Origin: Candidatus Arcticimaribacter sp.
GTDB taxonomy: Bacteria; Bacteroidota; Bacteroidia; Flavobacteriales; Flavobacteriaceae
DNA length: 64,000 nucleotides
Assembly: GCA_965662875.1 (NCBI GenBank)
Contig: CBFIJA010000002.1
Location: 5,921-69,920 of the forward strand
Direction: 5' to 3'
The translations under genes were made by a program, and so were the position numbers. Positions 39,417-50,017 of this stretch are shown in pieces. How positions within the stretch are numbered: position 1 is the stretch's first letter; each line of letters begins with the position of its first letter. Below the pieces are notes generated by a model. That model made no database searches. It was not told where the DNA came from and was given only the letters and a program-made list of their open reading frames with translations.

Positions 39417-40614
39417 TCTTCAAAAACTGGGTCCAGGCTTACTCTTTGCTGGTGCGGCCATTGGGGTTTCGCATTTGGTACAATCAACACGGGCTGGAGC
39501 TGATTTTGGCTGGGGTTTGTTGTGGGCTTTAGTGTTGTCCAACCTTTTCAAGTATCCCTTTTTTCAATTTGGCCCACGGTTTGCCTTGGCGACAAATAAA
39601 AATTTACTGGAAGGGTATTTTCACCTCGGAAAGCATTATCTGTGGCTCTATTTTTTTCTAAACATGGCTACAATGTTTACCATTCAAACTGCGGTAACCA
39701 TTGTTACTGCAGGACTTGCCTCTTCCATTTTTGGAATAACGGCTGACTTGGTTGCATGGAGTGCATTAATTACCGCTCTTTGCCTAATTCTTTTACTTCT
39801 TGGGAAATATAAACTCTTGGACAAGGCCATAAAAGCCATTATTTTACTTTTGACCCTATGCACCCTAATCGCTGTAGTTTGGGCAGGACACAAAAACACA
39901 TCCCCTTTAGAATTTTCACAAATAATTCCTCACGGAAACGAACTTCTTTTTTTAATTGCATTTATGGGATGGATGCCTGCTCCTCTGGACATTTCCATAT
40001 GGCAATCTTTATGGGCTTTGGAAAAGAAAAAAACGGAAAAGCTCAGCTATAAAGAGGCTTTATTTGACTTTAATGTTGGCTATATCGTTACGGTAGTACT
40101 TGGAGTTTGTTTTGTTGGACTGGGTGCTTTTGTCATGTATGGATCGGGGACTCGTTTTTCTAACTCAGGAGGAGAATTTGCCAATCAGTTGGTTGCATTG
40201 TATACCCAAACACTTGGCGAAGAACTTTATGTTTTTATTGCCATCGCTGCCTTTACAACCATGTTTAGTACGACTTTGACAACGCTGGACGCCTCTCCCA
40301 GAGCAATGGAGAAAACCATGAATTTACTATTGCCAAAAATTAATTTTTTCACTTATCGCTTTTGGATTTTAGTTTTGGCCAGCGGAACCCTCTTTATTTT
40401 TGCTTTTTTAGCATCAGAAATGGGGAGATTAGTAGCTATAGCTACAACCTTGTCTTTTATCACTGCACCCTTGTATGCTTTTTTAAATTTCCGCTTGGTA
40501 ACAGGAGATCAAATGCCCCTAGATGCACGTCCTAAAAAAGGCTTATTGGTTTTAAGCTTAGTAGGTTTACTCTTTTTAAGCGGCTTTGCGATTGGCTTTC
40601 TCTTCACCCTATAA
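39403..40614 (+). CDS. polytopic membrane transporter, NRAMP-like divalent cation transporter family (tentative)
   Basis: 403 aa with about 11 TM segments. The N-terminal [25 protein letters not shown] resembles short Bacteroidetes Nramp-family proteins. Overlaps the sigma gene by 14 nt. Confidence 0.55.
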   Translation: MKKFNLQKLGPGLLFAGAAIGVSHLVQSTRAGADFGWGLLWALVLSNLFKYPFFQFGPRFALATNKNLLEGYFHLGKHYLWLYFFLNMATMFTIQTAVTIVTAGLASSIFGITADLVAWSALITALCLILLLLGKYKLLDKAIKAIILLLTLCTLIAVVWAGHKNTSPLEFSQIIPHGNELLFLIAFMGWMPAPLDISIWQSLWALEKKKTEKLSYKEALFDFNVGYIVTVVLGVCFVGLGAFVMYGSGTRFSNSGGEFANQLVALYTQTLGEELYVFIAIAAFTTMFSTTLTTLDASPRAMEKTMNLLLPKINFFTYRFWILVLASGTLFIFAFLASEMGRLVAIATTLSFITAPLYAFLNFRLVTGDQMPLDARPKKGLLVLSLVGLLFLSGFAIGFLFTL

Positions 40615-40651
40615 AATTGTTCGTATATTTGCGATAGAAAAAGAAGGATTT

Positions 40652-41530
40652 ATGGCTGTAGAGACTCCCGAAAAAAAACAAAACCCCATTACAGGAAAAC
40701 CCAAGTGGCTTCGCGTTAAATTGCCCACTGGAAAGAAGTATACGGAACTGAGAGGCTTAGTCGATCAGTATAAACTCAATACCATCTGTACATCAGGAAG
40801 CTGCCCAAATATGGGAGAATGCTGGGGAGAGGGGACGGCTACTTTTATGATCCTTGGAAATATCTGTACCCGTTCTTGTGGGTTTTGCGGTGTAAAAACC
40901 GGAAGACCCGAACAAGTAGATTGGGATGAACCCGAAAAAGTGGCTCGTTCCATAAAAATCATGAAAATTAAACATGCCGTTTTAACCTCCGTAGATCGTG
41001 ACGATCTAAAAGACGGAGGCTCTATTATATGGCAAGAAACCATCAAGGCGGTGCGAAGAATGAATCCCAATACCACCATGGAAACATTAATCCCCGACTT
41101 TCAAGGAAATACCCGTAATCTAGACCGAATTGTTGCGGCTGCCCCTGAAGTGGTTTCACACAATGTGGAAACGGTAAGGAGACTTACGCGTGAAGTACGC
41201 ATACAAGCCAAATACGACCAAAGCCTAGAGGTACTTCGCTATTTAAAACAAGAGGGTGTCAGAAGAACCAAATCCGGTATAATGCTGGGGCTGGGAGAAC
41301 AAGAGGATGAAGTAATCCAAACTTTACACGATTTAAGAGCAGCCGATGTAGATGTCGTTACCATTGGACAATATTTACAACCTAGCAAAAAGCATTTGGG
41401 TGTAAAAACCTTTATAACCCCAGATCAATTTGCTAAATACGAAGCCATTGGTAAAGATCTAGGCTTCCGGCATGTAGAAAGTGGTGCTTTGGTTCGTTCT
41501 TCCTACAAGGCACACAAACACGTTGACTAA
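40652..41530 (+). CDS. lipA: lipoyl synthase
   Basis: [13 protein letters not shown] and [10 protein letters not shown] are the two LipA cluster motifs. Start set at ATG 40652. Confidence 0.93.
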   Translation: MAVETPEKKQNPITGKPKWLRVKLPTGKKYTELRGLVDQYKLNTICTSGSCPNMGECWGEGTATFMILGNICTRSCGFCGVKTGRPEQVDWDEPEKVARSIKIMKIKHAVLTSVDRDDLKDGGSIIWQETIKAVRRMNPNTTMETLIPDFQGNTRNLDRIVAAAPEVVSHNVETVRRLTREVRIQAKYDQSLEVLRYLKQEGVRRTKSGIMLGLGEQEDEVIQTLHDLRAADVDVVTIGQYLQPSKKHLGVKTFITPDQFAKYEAIGKDLGFRHVESGALVRSSYKAHKHVD

Positions 41531-42546
41531 TGGGCTAAAGCTTCGGTTATTGCCAGATCAAAGGTCTGTTTGTCATCGCCATCAAATCCAAGAGTAATGG
41601 GGATGTAAAACAGTAAATCCGTTTTCATCAAGGGATAAAGGCGAGCGTAATCTTTCTCCGTGGTCAAAATCATATTCCCCTGGCTTTCTCTGCGGATTTT
41701 GGCCAAATCTTTAGAAGTGAAATTGTGATGGTCGCTGTAGTTTAAATGCTTAAATTTTAGAAATTTGCGCTTTAAAAATTCAACCAACAGCTCGGGTTGA
41801 GCAATGCCTGTCACCAATACAAAATTTATCTTATCCAAAACAGACAAGGAGAGTTCGCGTTGTGCATTTCGCATTTTTGTGGCGTATTGTATGTTGGCAA
41901 AACAAAGGGTTTGATGAGGAAGTAAGCCCAATTGTATCCCCATTGTTTTCCGTTGAGTAGCTGTTAACTTTTGTGGACATTTTGTAACCAGAACAAGCTG
42001 AGCTCTTTCTTTTGCACTAGAAAATTCGCGTAAGTCCCCCGTTGGCAAAAGGTAATCATCAAAATAAGGATTTTGAAATGTAGTCAATAGAATGTAAAAA
42101 TGGGCTTTTAATTTCCGGTGTTGATAACAGTCGTCTAATACAACCAAATTAGGGGAGTGCTCTGATTCTAACAAGGCATCAATTCCTTTGCTTCTATTTT
42201 CAGATACCGCTACTTTTATTTCTGGATGTTTATTAAAAAACATCAAAGGCTCGTCCCCAACATCCAGGGCTGTACTCTCTGCATTCGCAAAATAGAACCC
42301 CTTCGTTTTTCTCCCATACCCCCTACTTAAAGTAGCAAGCTTGTAGTTGGATTTTAGCATACCAATCAGATAATCTGCCACGACAGATTTTCCAGTCCCT
42401 CCGACAGATAGGTTGCCGATGCCGATTGTCTTTACCGCTGGTATTGTAGAATTAAGGACTCCTAAATTGTAGACTAAATTTCGGAAAGAAATGCCTAAAG
42501 CGTAAAGGATCGTCAAGGGAAAGAGCAGAAATCGAAAGAATCGCAT
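41527..42546 (-). CDS. lpxK: tetraacyldisaccharide 4'-kinase
   Basis: 339 aa. [12 protein letters not shown]-loop, LSRGYGR and LDDCYQH. Confidence 0.85.
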   Translation of the reverse strand: MRFFRFLLFPLTILYALGISFRNLVYNLGVLNSTIPAVKTIGIGNLSVGGTGKSVVADYLIGMLKSNYKLATLSRGYGRKTKGFYFANAESTALDVGDEPLMFFNKHPEIKVAVSENRSKGIDALLESEHSPNLVVLDDCYQHRKLKAHFYILLTTFQNPYFDDYLLPTGDLREFSSAKERAQLVLVTKCPQKLTATQRKTMGIQLGLLPHQTLCFANIQYATKMRNAQRELSLSVLDKINFVLVTGIAQPELLVEFLKRKFLKFKHLNYSDHHNFTSKDLAKIRRESQGNMILTTEKDYARLYPLMKTDLLFYIPITLGFDGDDKQTFDLAITEALAH

Positions 42547-42608
42547 GTGTCGATTTAATAATTATCTTCGTAAAGATAAAGGAAGAAAAAAAGTAAGCTT
42601 CATATTTT

Positions 42609-43715
42609 ATGAAAATATCAAAAACATTTGGAGAGATCTCAGCCATCATGGACCAATGGGCTCCTACTTTTTATGCTGAAGATTTTGATAATGTTGGACT
42701 TTTAGTAGGAAGAAAATCAAGTGAATGCAACCGCGTACTTGTTACACACGATGTGACCGAAGCCGTTGTTGAAGAAGCCATAGCAAAGTCGTGTCAGTTG
42801 ATCATTTGTTTTCATCCCATAATTTTTTCGGGTTTAAAAAAAATCACAGGAGCCAACTACGTAGAAAAAACAGTGCTAAAGGCGATTGAAAATAAAATTG
42901 GAATCTATGCCACCCATACTGCCTTGGACAATCACAACAAAGGAATCAGTTATATCCTTGGGAAAGCTTTGGGGCTAAAAAATCAAAGCATTCTTGTCCC
43001 CAAAAAAAATACCTTAAGTTTATTGAGTACTTATGTTCCTAAAGAAGCGTCTGAGAAAGTATTGGCTGCGTTACATAAAGCAGGTGCAGGACAGTTAGGC
43101 AATTACGCGGAATGTAGTTTTACACATGCTGGGGAAGGACAATTCGTAGGCAATAAAAAGAGTACTCCGAGTGTAGGGGAAAAAGAAAAACGCACAAAAC
43201 TAGAAGAACATCACATCCAGGTCGTGTTTAAAAAACATTTGCAAAACAAACTTATCGCTGCATTGAAGGATGCGCATCCTTATGAAGAAATTGCACACGA
43301 AATCATTGCATTGGATAACAGCCAAAATGATATTGGATTGGGCAGCATTGGGATATTATCCACCCCTATGGAAACCTCTTCTTTTTTATCGCATGTAAAA
43401 AAAGAATTGAACCTTATATTTCTTCGACATTCAGGGGAAATGGATAAAAAAATAGAAAGAGTTGCAGTCTTGGGAGGCTCAGGAAGCTTTGCCATCGGTG
43501 CAGCAATCGCTAATGGAGCGGATGCCTATGTTACGGCAGATCTTAAATATCACGACTTTTTTCAGGCAGAAAATCAACTACTTCTGGTCGATGCAGGCCA
43601 CTATGAAACCGAACAGGGCACAAAAAAGTTAATCGTAGATTATCTCTCGAAAAAAATCCCTAATTTTGCAATCACTTTATCGGAAGTTAATACCAACCCT
43701 GTTAAGTATTTCTAA
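42609..43715 (+). CDS. Nif3-like dinuclear metal center protein
   Basis: 368 aa. DNVGLLVG, FHPIIF and YATHTALD, with an insertion domain and a C-terminal GHYETE. Confidence 0.85.
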   Translation: MKISKTFGEISAIMDQWAPTFYAEDFDNVGLLVGRKSSECNRVLVTHDVTEAVVEEAIAKSCQLIICFHPIIFSGLKKITGANYVEKTVLKAIENKIGIYATHTALDNHNKGISYILGKALGLKNQSILVPKKNTLSLLSTYVPKEASEKVLAALHKAGAGQLGNYAECSFTHAGEGQFVGNKKSTPSVGEKEKRTKLEEHHIQVVFKKHLQNKLIAALKDAHPYEEIAHEIIALDNSQNDIGLGSIGILSTPMETSSFLSHVKKELNLIFLRHSGEMDKKIERVAVLGGSGSFAIGAAIANGADAYVTADLKYHDFFQAENQLLLVDAGHYETEQGTKKLIVDYLSKKIPNFAITLSEVNTNPVKYF

Positions 43716-43717
43716 AT

Positions 43718-44497
43718 ATGGCAAAAAAGAAAGAAATTTCCATTGAAGAGAAGCTAAGAGCGCTTTACGATCTTCAAATTATTGACTCAAGAATTGATGA
43801 AATCCGAAACGTTAGAGGAGAACTTCCACTTGAGGTTGAGGATTTAGATCACGAAATTCAGGGTCTCAATAAGAAAAACAAAGAACTTCAGGCAGATTTA
43901 TCAGAATTTGATGCCAGCATCAAAGAGCATAAAAATGTAATTGAGCAAGCCAATGACTTGATCAAGAAGTATGCTGAAAAGCTTAAAAATGTCCGCAACA
44001 ATAGAGAATACAATTCTATTGTTAAAGAAGAAGAATACCAACAATTGGAAATCCAATTGGCTGAAAAGAAAATCAAAGGATTAAAAGCGCAAATTGAACA
44101 AAAAAAGGAAACCATAGGTTTACTTGAAGAGCGCATTGCCGAAAAGCAAAATCACTTGGATGCCAAAAAAGAGGAATTGGATTCTATCATGAAAGAGACT
44201 GAAAAAGAAGAACAACTCTTATTGGATCAGTCGACAAAATTTGAAAAGAAAATTGAAGATCGCTTAATCACTGCTTACAAACGCATTCGTGGCAGTGTAA
44301 AGAATGGTTTAGCCATTGTACCCATTGAAAGAGGGGCTTCTGGAGGTTCTTATTTTACCATTCCTCCACAAGTGCAAATGGAAATCGCTTCGCGTCAAAA
44401 AATCATCACTGACGAGTACAGCGGACGTATACTTGTTGACGCTGAGTTGGCAGAAGAAGAACGTGCAAAAATCAATAAATTGATCGGAGCCGTTTAA
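43718..44497 (+). CDS. coiled-coil protein of the COG1579 family usually paired with Nif3
   Basis: 259 aa, long heptad-rich, immediately downstream of Nif3. The C-terminal zinc-ribbon cysteines are not evident here. Confidence 0.55.
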   Translation: MAKKKEISIEEKLRALYDLQIIDSRIDEIRNVRGELPLEVEDLDHEIQGLNKKNKELQADLSEFDASIKEHKNVIEQANDLIKKYAEKLKNVRNNREYNSIVKEEEYQQLEIQLAEKKIKGLKAQIEQKKETIGLLEERIAEKQNHLDAKKEELDSIMKETEKEEQLLLDQSTKFEKKIEDRLITAYKRIRGSVKNGLAIVPIERGASGGSYFTIPPQVQMEIASRQKIITDEYSGRILVDAELAEEERAKINKLIGAV

Positions 44498-44521
44498 TCG
44501 ATTAAGAAATGTATAAAATTA

Positions 44522-44548
44522 AGGTGCGTTGATCGCACCTTTTTTTTT
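44522..44548 (+). terminator. intrinsic terminator
   Basis: AGGTGCG-TTGAT-CGCACCT followed by T8. Confidence 0.7.
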
Positions 44549-44586
44549 GCCCTAATGCCAATGCAAAGGCTTAGAACTTAAACGAA

Positions 44587-46281
44587 TTAGTCATCGCTTA
44601 CCGGAATACGGATGCTTTCTACCAATTCTTGAACATGAGGAGGCACAGGATTGGTAAACCGATGAACTGCCAATGCTACCGCAAAATTGGCCCACATGGC
44701 TATAAACCCAAATCCTTCTGGAGAAATCCCAAACCACCAGTGGGATTGTAAGGCTCCCACTGCGGTTTTACCCCCATCAAAAATACCAAACTTAAACTTT
44801 AGCATATAATAGAGCATTAGGAAAATCCCTACTAACATTCCTGCAATAGCCCCTTCTTTATTCATCTTTTTATAGAATATTCCCATTATTATCGCTGGAA
44901 AAATAGATGCTGCTGCTAAGCCAAAAGCGAGGGCTACAACTGCAGCAACAAACCCCGGTGGATGAATTCCAAAATACCCAGCAACAACAACTGCACCCGT
45001 TGCAGATAAACGAGCAGCAATCAATTCTTGCTTTTCTGTAATTTTTGGATGGAATACATTTTTAATTAAATCATGCGAAACAGATGAGGAGATAACCAGC
45101 AGCAATCCAGCTGCAGTAGACAAAGCCGCTGCTAAACTCCCGGCGGCTACCAAAGCAATCACCCATGCAGGTAAATCTGCAATCTCCGGATTGGCTAACA
45201 CCATAATGTCCCGGTCAACCGTTAATTCGTTTAATTGGCTGTCAGCGACGTATTGAATTATTCCATCTTCATTTTTATCCTCAAAGGTCAATAATCCTGT
45301 TTTTTCCCAATTAGAGAACCACACAGGCACATTAGCATACGACTGATGGCTAACGGTATTGATCAGGTTGGTTCGTGCAAAAACTGCGACTGCAGGCGCA
45401 GTAGTGTACAATATAGCGATGAACAACAAGGCTAGGCCTGCAGATTTTCGTGCATCACGCACACGCTTTACCGTAAAAAAACGAACAATTACATGAGGGA
45501 GTCCTGCTGTACCTACCATCAGTGCTGCAGTAATGGCAAAAATATCCAAGGTAGATTTTGTCCCTTTTGTATATTCCGCAAAACCCAGTTGTGTAGACAA
45601 CCCATTTAACTTTTCTAATAAATAAACGCCGTCAGCCCCCTTTGATCCCATTCCCAATTGCGGAATTGGGTTTCCAGTCATTTGAATGGAAATAAAAATC
45701 GCAGGTACCATAAAAGCAAAAATCAACACACAATATTGAGCCACTTGGGTATAGGTTATTCCTTTCATTCCGCCCAAAACAGCATAAAATAAAACGATGA
45801 CCATTCCGATGACAACACCTGTATTGATATCCACTTCTAAGAATCTTGAAAACACGACCCCAACACCGCGCATCTGTCCAGCTACATAGGTAAAGGAAAC
45901 TAGAAGCGCACAAAAGACCGCAACGATTCTTGCCGTTTTAGAGTAATACCGCTCCCCAATAAAGTCAGGCACCGTAAACTTGCCAAATTTCCTGAGATAA
46001 GGAGCCAATAAAAGAGCCAACAAGACATACCCTCCTGTCCATCCCATTAAATAAACTGAACCGTCAAACCCCATAAAAGAAATTAATCCGGCCATGGAGA
46101 TAAAAGAGGCCGCTGACATCCAATCGGCTGCCGTAGCCATCCCATTTGCTAATGGAGAAACACCCCCACCAGCAACATAAAACTCTTTGGTCGAGCCAGC
46201 GCGAGACCAAATTGCAATCCCTATATACAGGGCGAAGGTAATTCCTACCAATAAATAAGTCCATATTTGTACTGTCATCAT
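44587..46281 (-). CDS. sodium:solute symporter family transporter (large subunit)
   Basis: 564 aa, 13-14 TM, SSF family pattern. Paired with an upstream DUF4212 small subunit. Confidence 0.85.
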   Translation of the reverse strand: MMTVQIWTYLLVGITFALYIGIAIWSRAGSTKEFYVAGGGVSPLANGMATAADWMSAASFISMAGLISFMGFDGSVYLMGWTGGYVLLALLLAPYLRKFGKFTVPDFIGERYYSKTARIVAVFCALLVSFTYVAGQMRGVGVVFSRFLEVDINTGVVIGMVIVLFYAVLGGMKGITYTQVAQYCVLIFAFMVPAIFISIQMTGNPIPQLGMGSKGADGVYLLEKLNGLSTQLGFAEYTKGTKSTLDIFAITAALMVGTAGLPHVIVRFFTVKRVRDARKSAGLALLFIAILYTTAPAVAVFARTNLINTVSHQSYANVPVWFSNWEKTGLLTFEDKNEDGIIQYVADSQLNELTVDRDIMVLANPEIADLPAWVIALVAAGSLAAALSTAAGLLLVISSSVSHDLIKNVFHPKITEKQELIAARLSATGAVVVAGYFGIHPPGFVAAVVALAFGLAAASIFPAIIMGIFYKKMNKEGAIAGMLVGIFLMLYYMLKFKFGIFDGGKTAVGALQSHWWFGISPEGFGFIAMWANFAVALAVHRFTNPVPPHVQELVESIRIPVSDD

Positions 46282-46294
46282 CTAAATTGTTTGG

Positions 46295-46561
46295 TCATTC
46301 CCCCGCGTCATAACCGTATTTCTTATCCAGCCGATTCATCCAGAACACATAAACGAAGATTAAAATCACAAAAACATAAATGGCGCCTTGTTGTGCAAAC
46401 CAAAATCCCAAAGGGAAGCCTGCAATGTAAAATTGATCTAAAAAATCACGGAATAAAATCCCAGCGCCGTAAGACACCATAAACCAAATGGACAATAAAA
46501 GAATCAAACTCCTTAGGTTTTCCTTCCAATACTCCCGGGCTTTTTTCTCATTGTCTGTCAT
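46295..46561 (-). CDS. DUF4212 sodium:solute symporter small subunit
   Basis: 88 aa, two TM. YWKENLRSLILLL...GFPLGFWFAQQGAIYVFV is typical of DUF4212. Confidence 0.75.
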   Translation of the reverse strand: MTDNEKKAREYWKENLRSLILLLSIWFMVSYGAGILFRDFLDQFYIAGFPLGFWFAQQGAIYVFVILIFVYVFWMNRLDKKYGYDAGE

Positions 46562-46736
46562 GCGAATTTCATTCTATTGTTTAATGCTGTAGACTATACC
46601 TCAAGATAGAAAAAAATAAAGACTGTAGAACTAAGCATTCCGATCAACAAGTAAACTATGAAACAAAAAAATGTAACTTTTAGGTTACATATTAAGTTTT
46701 TTTGGTAAGTTTGCGTTACATTAAAAGAATTAAACC

Positions 46737-47132
46737 ATGGATCAACATCTTATTATCCCCATTTTCGGTATGCTCATTGGACTCATCATACCCATTGCTG
46801 TCTTCATCTGGCTCTATTTCGAAGGAAAGGGCAAGAGAGAAACAGTTTTAGAAATTTCAAAACACCTAGACGACCCGGCTAAATTAGAAGAGCTATTGAA
46901 CATCTTTGAAGAAAGAAAAAAAGCGCCTATTGATTATCGAAGAAATGGCGTGATTACCCTTTTTGTAGGCATCGGTCTCTATTTGCTTGGAAACATTGCA
47001 CTTGGGTTTATTCTCGAGGGTGTTGGGCTTTTAGTCGGAACGATTGGTATTGGAACATTGATTGCTGGATACCTTTACCCCAATACCGGAAAGGAATTGA
47101 CTGATGCGGTAGAACAATATGAAAAAAAATAA
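46737..47132 (+). CDS. small membrane protein (hypothetical)
   Basis: 131 aa with three predicted TM helices. Precedes and nearly abuts an XRE regulator. Confidence 0.5.
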   Translation: MDQHLIIPIFGMLIGLIIPIAVFIWLYFEGKGKRETVLEISKHLDDPAKLEELLNIFEERKKAPIDYRRNGVITLFVGIGLYLLGNIALGFILEGVGLLVGTIGIGTLIAGYLYPNTGKELTDAVEQYEKK

Positions 47133-47134
47133 TC

Positions 47135-47368
47135 TTGGGGAAGCACCACAAAAAACTTTTAAATAATCTGGAGGACCTGAGGAAATCTGCCGGACTCACC
47201 CAACAGGAATTATCAAAACACGCAGAAGTCTCAAGAAAAAGCATCAATGCCATTGAAAATGGCATTTACATTCCTTCAACTGTTTTGGCTTTAAAAATTG
47301 CTGAAACATTGGACTGTCATGTAGAGGAACTATTTCAACTGCCTTCGTTAGACAAAAAAGCCACCTAG
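47135..47368 (+). CDS. XRE-family helix-turn-helix transcriptional regulator
   Basis: 77 aa with a TTG start. LRKSAGLTQQELSKHAEVSRKSINAIENGIYIPSTVLALKIAETL is a classic Cro/C1 HTH. Confidence 0.8.
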   Translation: MGKHHKKLLNNLEDLRKSAGLTQQELSKHAEVSRKSINAIENGIYIPSTVLALKIAETLDCHVEELFQLPSLDKKAT

Positions 47369-47390
47369 TCCAGAAAGTATTGGGTGGGCT

Positions 47391-47423
47391 AAAAAAAAAC
47401 CTCACTAAAAAGTGAGGTTTTTT
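47391..47423. terminator. bidirectional intrinsic terminator (XRE operon / tRNA-Val)
   Basis: A9-ACCTCACT-AAAA-AGTGAGGT-T6. Confidence 0.65.
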
Positions 47424-47426
47424 CTG

Positions 47427-47501
47427 TGGGCGCTGAGGGATTCGAACCCCCGACCCCCTCGGTGTAAACGAGGTGCTCTGAACCAACTGAGCTAAGCGCC
47501 C
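47427..47501 (-). tRNA. tRNA-Val (anticodon TAC)
   Basis: Hand-folded sequence GGGCGCT-TA-GCTCAGTTGGTTCAGAGC-A-CCTCG-TTTACAC-CGAGG-GGGTC-GGGGGTTCGAATCCCTC-AGCGCCC-A. Confidence 0.9.
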
Positions 47502-47546
47502 TTGCGGGTGCAAAGATAAGCTACTTTTTTTATTTACAAAGGATAT

Positions 47547-48761
47547 TTAAAGAATTTCAGCAACAACAAAGGTGCTGCCACCAACATAAATCGTGTCTTG
47601 TTTTGCTGCGCTATTTTTGGCTGCAGCATAAGCCATGGTAACTTCCTCATAACATGCAAACTGCAGTTTATACGTAGAGGCTAAAGACATTAATTTTTCC
47701 AATTCCATCGCTCTATCGTTTTTTGCTTTACAAAAATAATACTGCCCCTCTTTTGGCAGTAACGCAAAAACAGCTTCAACAGCTTTGTCTTGAACAAAAC
47801 CAAGAACCATGTGTAAACTGCCTTTCGTTTTGTCTTTTAGCTGAGGGATTACCTCTTGAAAGCCTTCCAAATTGTGTGTAACGTCCGCTATAATCTTAGG
47901 TGCAGTGGCGAGTTGCTGCCATCGTCCTAAAAAATTAGTTTGTACCTGTACCTTTGAAAATCCTTCTTGTATATGTGCATCCGTTACCTTAAAACGCTTT
48001 AAAACCTTTAGGGCATGATATGCTGTATTCAAATTATAGCGTTGGTAGTAGCCCAACAAATCTGAAGTGAAGGAACGAAAACCTCCTTTATCTGCAAAGG
48101 AAATGGGGGCATTGCACCCTTTTGCTTTTTCTAAGAACACCCCTTTTGTTTCTGGATGGGTCTGTCCAATAATGACCGGAACTTCTTTTTTTATGATTCC
48201 TGCTTTTTCTCCAGCTATGGATGCCAGTGTAGTGCCTAAAAATTTGGTATGGTCTAATCCTATATTTGTGATGACACTCAATTCCGGTAAAATCACATTG
48301 GTAGCGTCTAAACGCCCCCCCAATCCAACTTCTATAATGGCTAGGTCTACCTTTTGTTTTGCAAAATAATGAAATGCCAATGCAACGGTCATTTCAAAAA
48401 ACGAAAGTGTTTCTGCTTCAAAATAGGATTTGTTTTCGCCTACAAACAAAATGACACTTTCTTGATCTATCGGAGCTCCATTTATTTTTATTCGTTCAGA
48501 AAAATCCTTTAAGTGTGGGGAAGTATACAACCCAACTGTATAGCCCGCCGTTTGCAAAACAGAAGCCATGGCATGCGCTGTAGATCCTTTTCCATTGGTG
48601 CCGGCGATGTGTACTGCTGGAAAATCATGATGTGGATTTTGAAGATGCGCCAATACATCTTTCATTTTTTCCAAACCCGGTTTATATGCCTTTTCCCCTT
48701 TGTTTTGGTACATCGGGAACCGCTGAAACATCCACTGTGTAACGGAAGTATAGGACTTCAT
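47547..48761 (-). CDS. folC: folylpolyglutamate synthase / dihydrofolate synthase
   Basis: 404 aa. IAGTNGKGST P-loop and the Mur ligase family pattern. Confidence 0.85.
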   Translation of the reverse strand: MKSYTSVTQWMFQRFPMYQNKGEKAYKPGLEKMKDVLAHLQNPHHDFPAVHIAGTNGKGSTAHAMASVLQTAGYTVGLYTSPHLKDFSERIKINGAPIDQESVILFVGENKSYFEAETLSFFEMTVALAFHYFAKQKVDLAIIEVGLGGRLDATNVILPELSVITNIGLDHTKFLGTTLASIAGEKAGIIKKEVPVIIGQTHPETKGVFLEKAKGCNAPISFADKGGFRSFTSDLLGYYQRYNLNTAYHALKVLKRFKVTDAHIQEGFSKVQVQTNFLGRWQQLATAPKIIADVTHNLEGFQEVIPQLKDKTKGSLHMVLGFVQDKAVEAVFALLPKEGQYYFCKAKNDRAMELEKLMSLASTYKLQFACYEEVTMAYAAAKNSAAKQDTIYVGGSTFVVAEIL

Positions 48762-49616
48762 TTACTCGCCCAATTTAAAGTTGATCACCACAAAGCCTAC
48801 TTGTTTCGATGGAGCGTTTGCATCGGGTGACCAGCGGTGTAAGAAAGCGGTTTTTCGGGCCGGTTCTAAAAGGCAGGGATGAACATTGGTACTCCCTTTT
48901 ACCCCAGGATTCGCTTCTATGACCTGACCGTCATTGTTTACAACAATGCGCACTACTACCACCCCTTCTTGATTGCATTCCTGGGTTACAGAACCGTTAG
49001 ACTGTAGATTTCTTCCGTTTAAACCATAGCCAGAACCGTTTCCTCCCAATCCCGCAGAACCGTAATAACTGCTTGCGTATGGGTTCCCTTCCTGTTTTCC
49101 TTTATCTCCAGATTCACGGTCGTCCCCTTCTCCTTCTATTGCAGGAGTTGGTTGCGTTTTCCCTTTTAGCAAATTGGACAACACATTCTTTGTTGCAGCA
49201 TCTACCTTAGGTTTTGGTGGAACAGGTTTGGGCTTCGGCGTTTCTTTGGGTTGTTCTTTCTGCTGTACTTTTTTGGGCGTTTCTTTCGGTTTTTCTTTTC
49301 TGACTTCCTTTTTCTTTACCACCGGAACATCAGCATTTTCCTGGGTTAAAATCTTTGAGGAAGACACATTTGGCTTTGCTGTTGATGTGGGGGGAGAAAC
49401 TTTTTGTTGTGCTTTGGGCGGAGGCGTTACCTTTACTTTGGGCTGCACCTTACCACTACCAACCGCTGAACTCCCAAAATTCACTTCCATCCCATAACTT
49501 ATTGGAGGATCGAAATAAGATAAACCTAACCATGAGAAAAAAAGCAAAAGCAGCAGGGTAATGATGCTTGTTAGCACAGCTGATTTTCGTTCATGTGGGG
49601 TTTTAAAGAATTTCAT
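48762..49616 (-). CDS. tonB: energy transducer TonB
   Basis: 284 aa. N-terminal TM, a Pro/Lys-rich spacer (KPKETPKKVQQKEQPKETPKPKPVPPKPK) and a C-terminal TonB domain. Downstream of exbB-exbD. Confidence 0.7.
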   Translation of the reverse strand: MKFFKTPHERKSAVLTSIITLLLLLFFSWLGLSYFDPPISYGMEVNFGSSAVGSGKVQPKVKVTPPPKAQQKVSPPTSTAKPNVSSSKILTQENADVPVVKKKEVRKEKPKETPKKVQQKEQPKETPKPKPVPPKPKVDAATKNVLSNLLKGKTQPTPAIEGEGDDRESGDKGKQEGNPYASSYYGSAGLGGNGSGYGLNGRNLQSNGSVTQECNQEGVVVVRIVVNNDGQVIEANPGVKGSTNVHPCLLEPARKTAFLHRWSPDANAPSKQVGFVVINFKLGE

Positions 49617-49621
49617 TTGAA

Positions 49622-50017
49622 TTATTGAGCATCGACGGCCAGCACAACCTTGATGGAGTTTTGATTGGCAATGTCCATAACATAGACCACTTGCTCTATG
49701 TCTACAGACTTTTCTGCACGTAAAATAATTACCCGTTTATTCTCTTTCTTCAGTTCTGAGAGCAAGGTGTTTTTTACATTTCTTTTTGACACGGCATTTC
49801 CGTCGATATAAAATCGATTGTTTTCATTTATCGTTACGGCAACCGCAGTTCTATTCTCAGTTTTCCCTTTGGCCTGTGGTAACTTTACATCTATAGTGTC
49901 AAGTTGCTTGGCCAAAGTGGATGCGATCATAAAAAAGATCAGCAACAAAAAGACAATGTCCGTCATGGAGGACATGTTAAATTCTGGCGATATTTTATTG
50001 CGTCCTTTTAAATTCAT
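49622..50017 (-). CDS. exbD: biopolymer transporter ExbD
   Basis: 131 aa. MSSMTDIVFLLLIFFM TM segment followed by the ExbD periplasmic fold pattern. Confidence 0.85.
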   Translation of the reverse strand: MNLKGRNKISPEFNMSSMTDIVFLLLIFFMIASTLAKQLDTIDVKLPQAKGKTENRTAVAVTINENNRFYIDGNAVSKRNVKNTLLSELKKENKRVIILRAEKSVDIEQVVYVMDIANQNSIKVVLAVDAQ

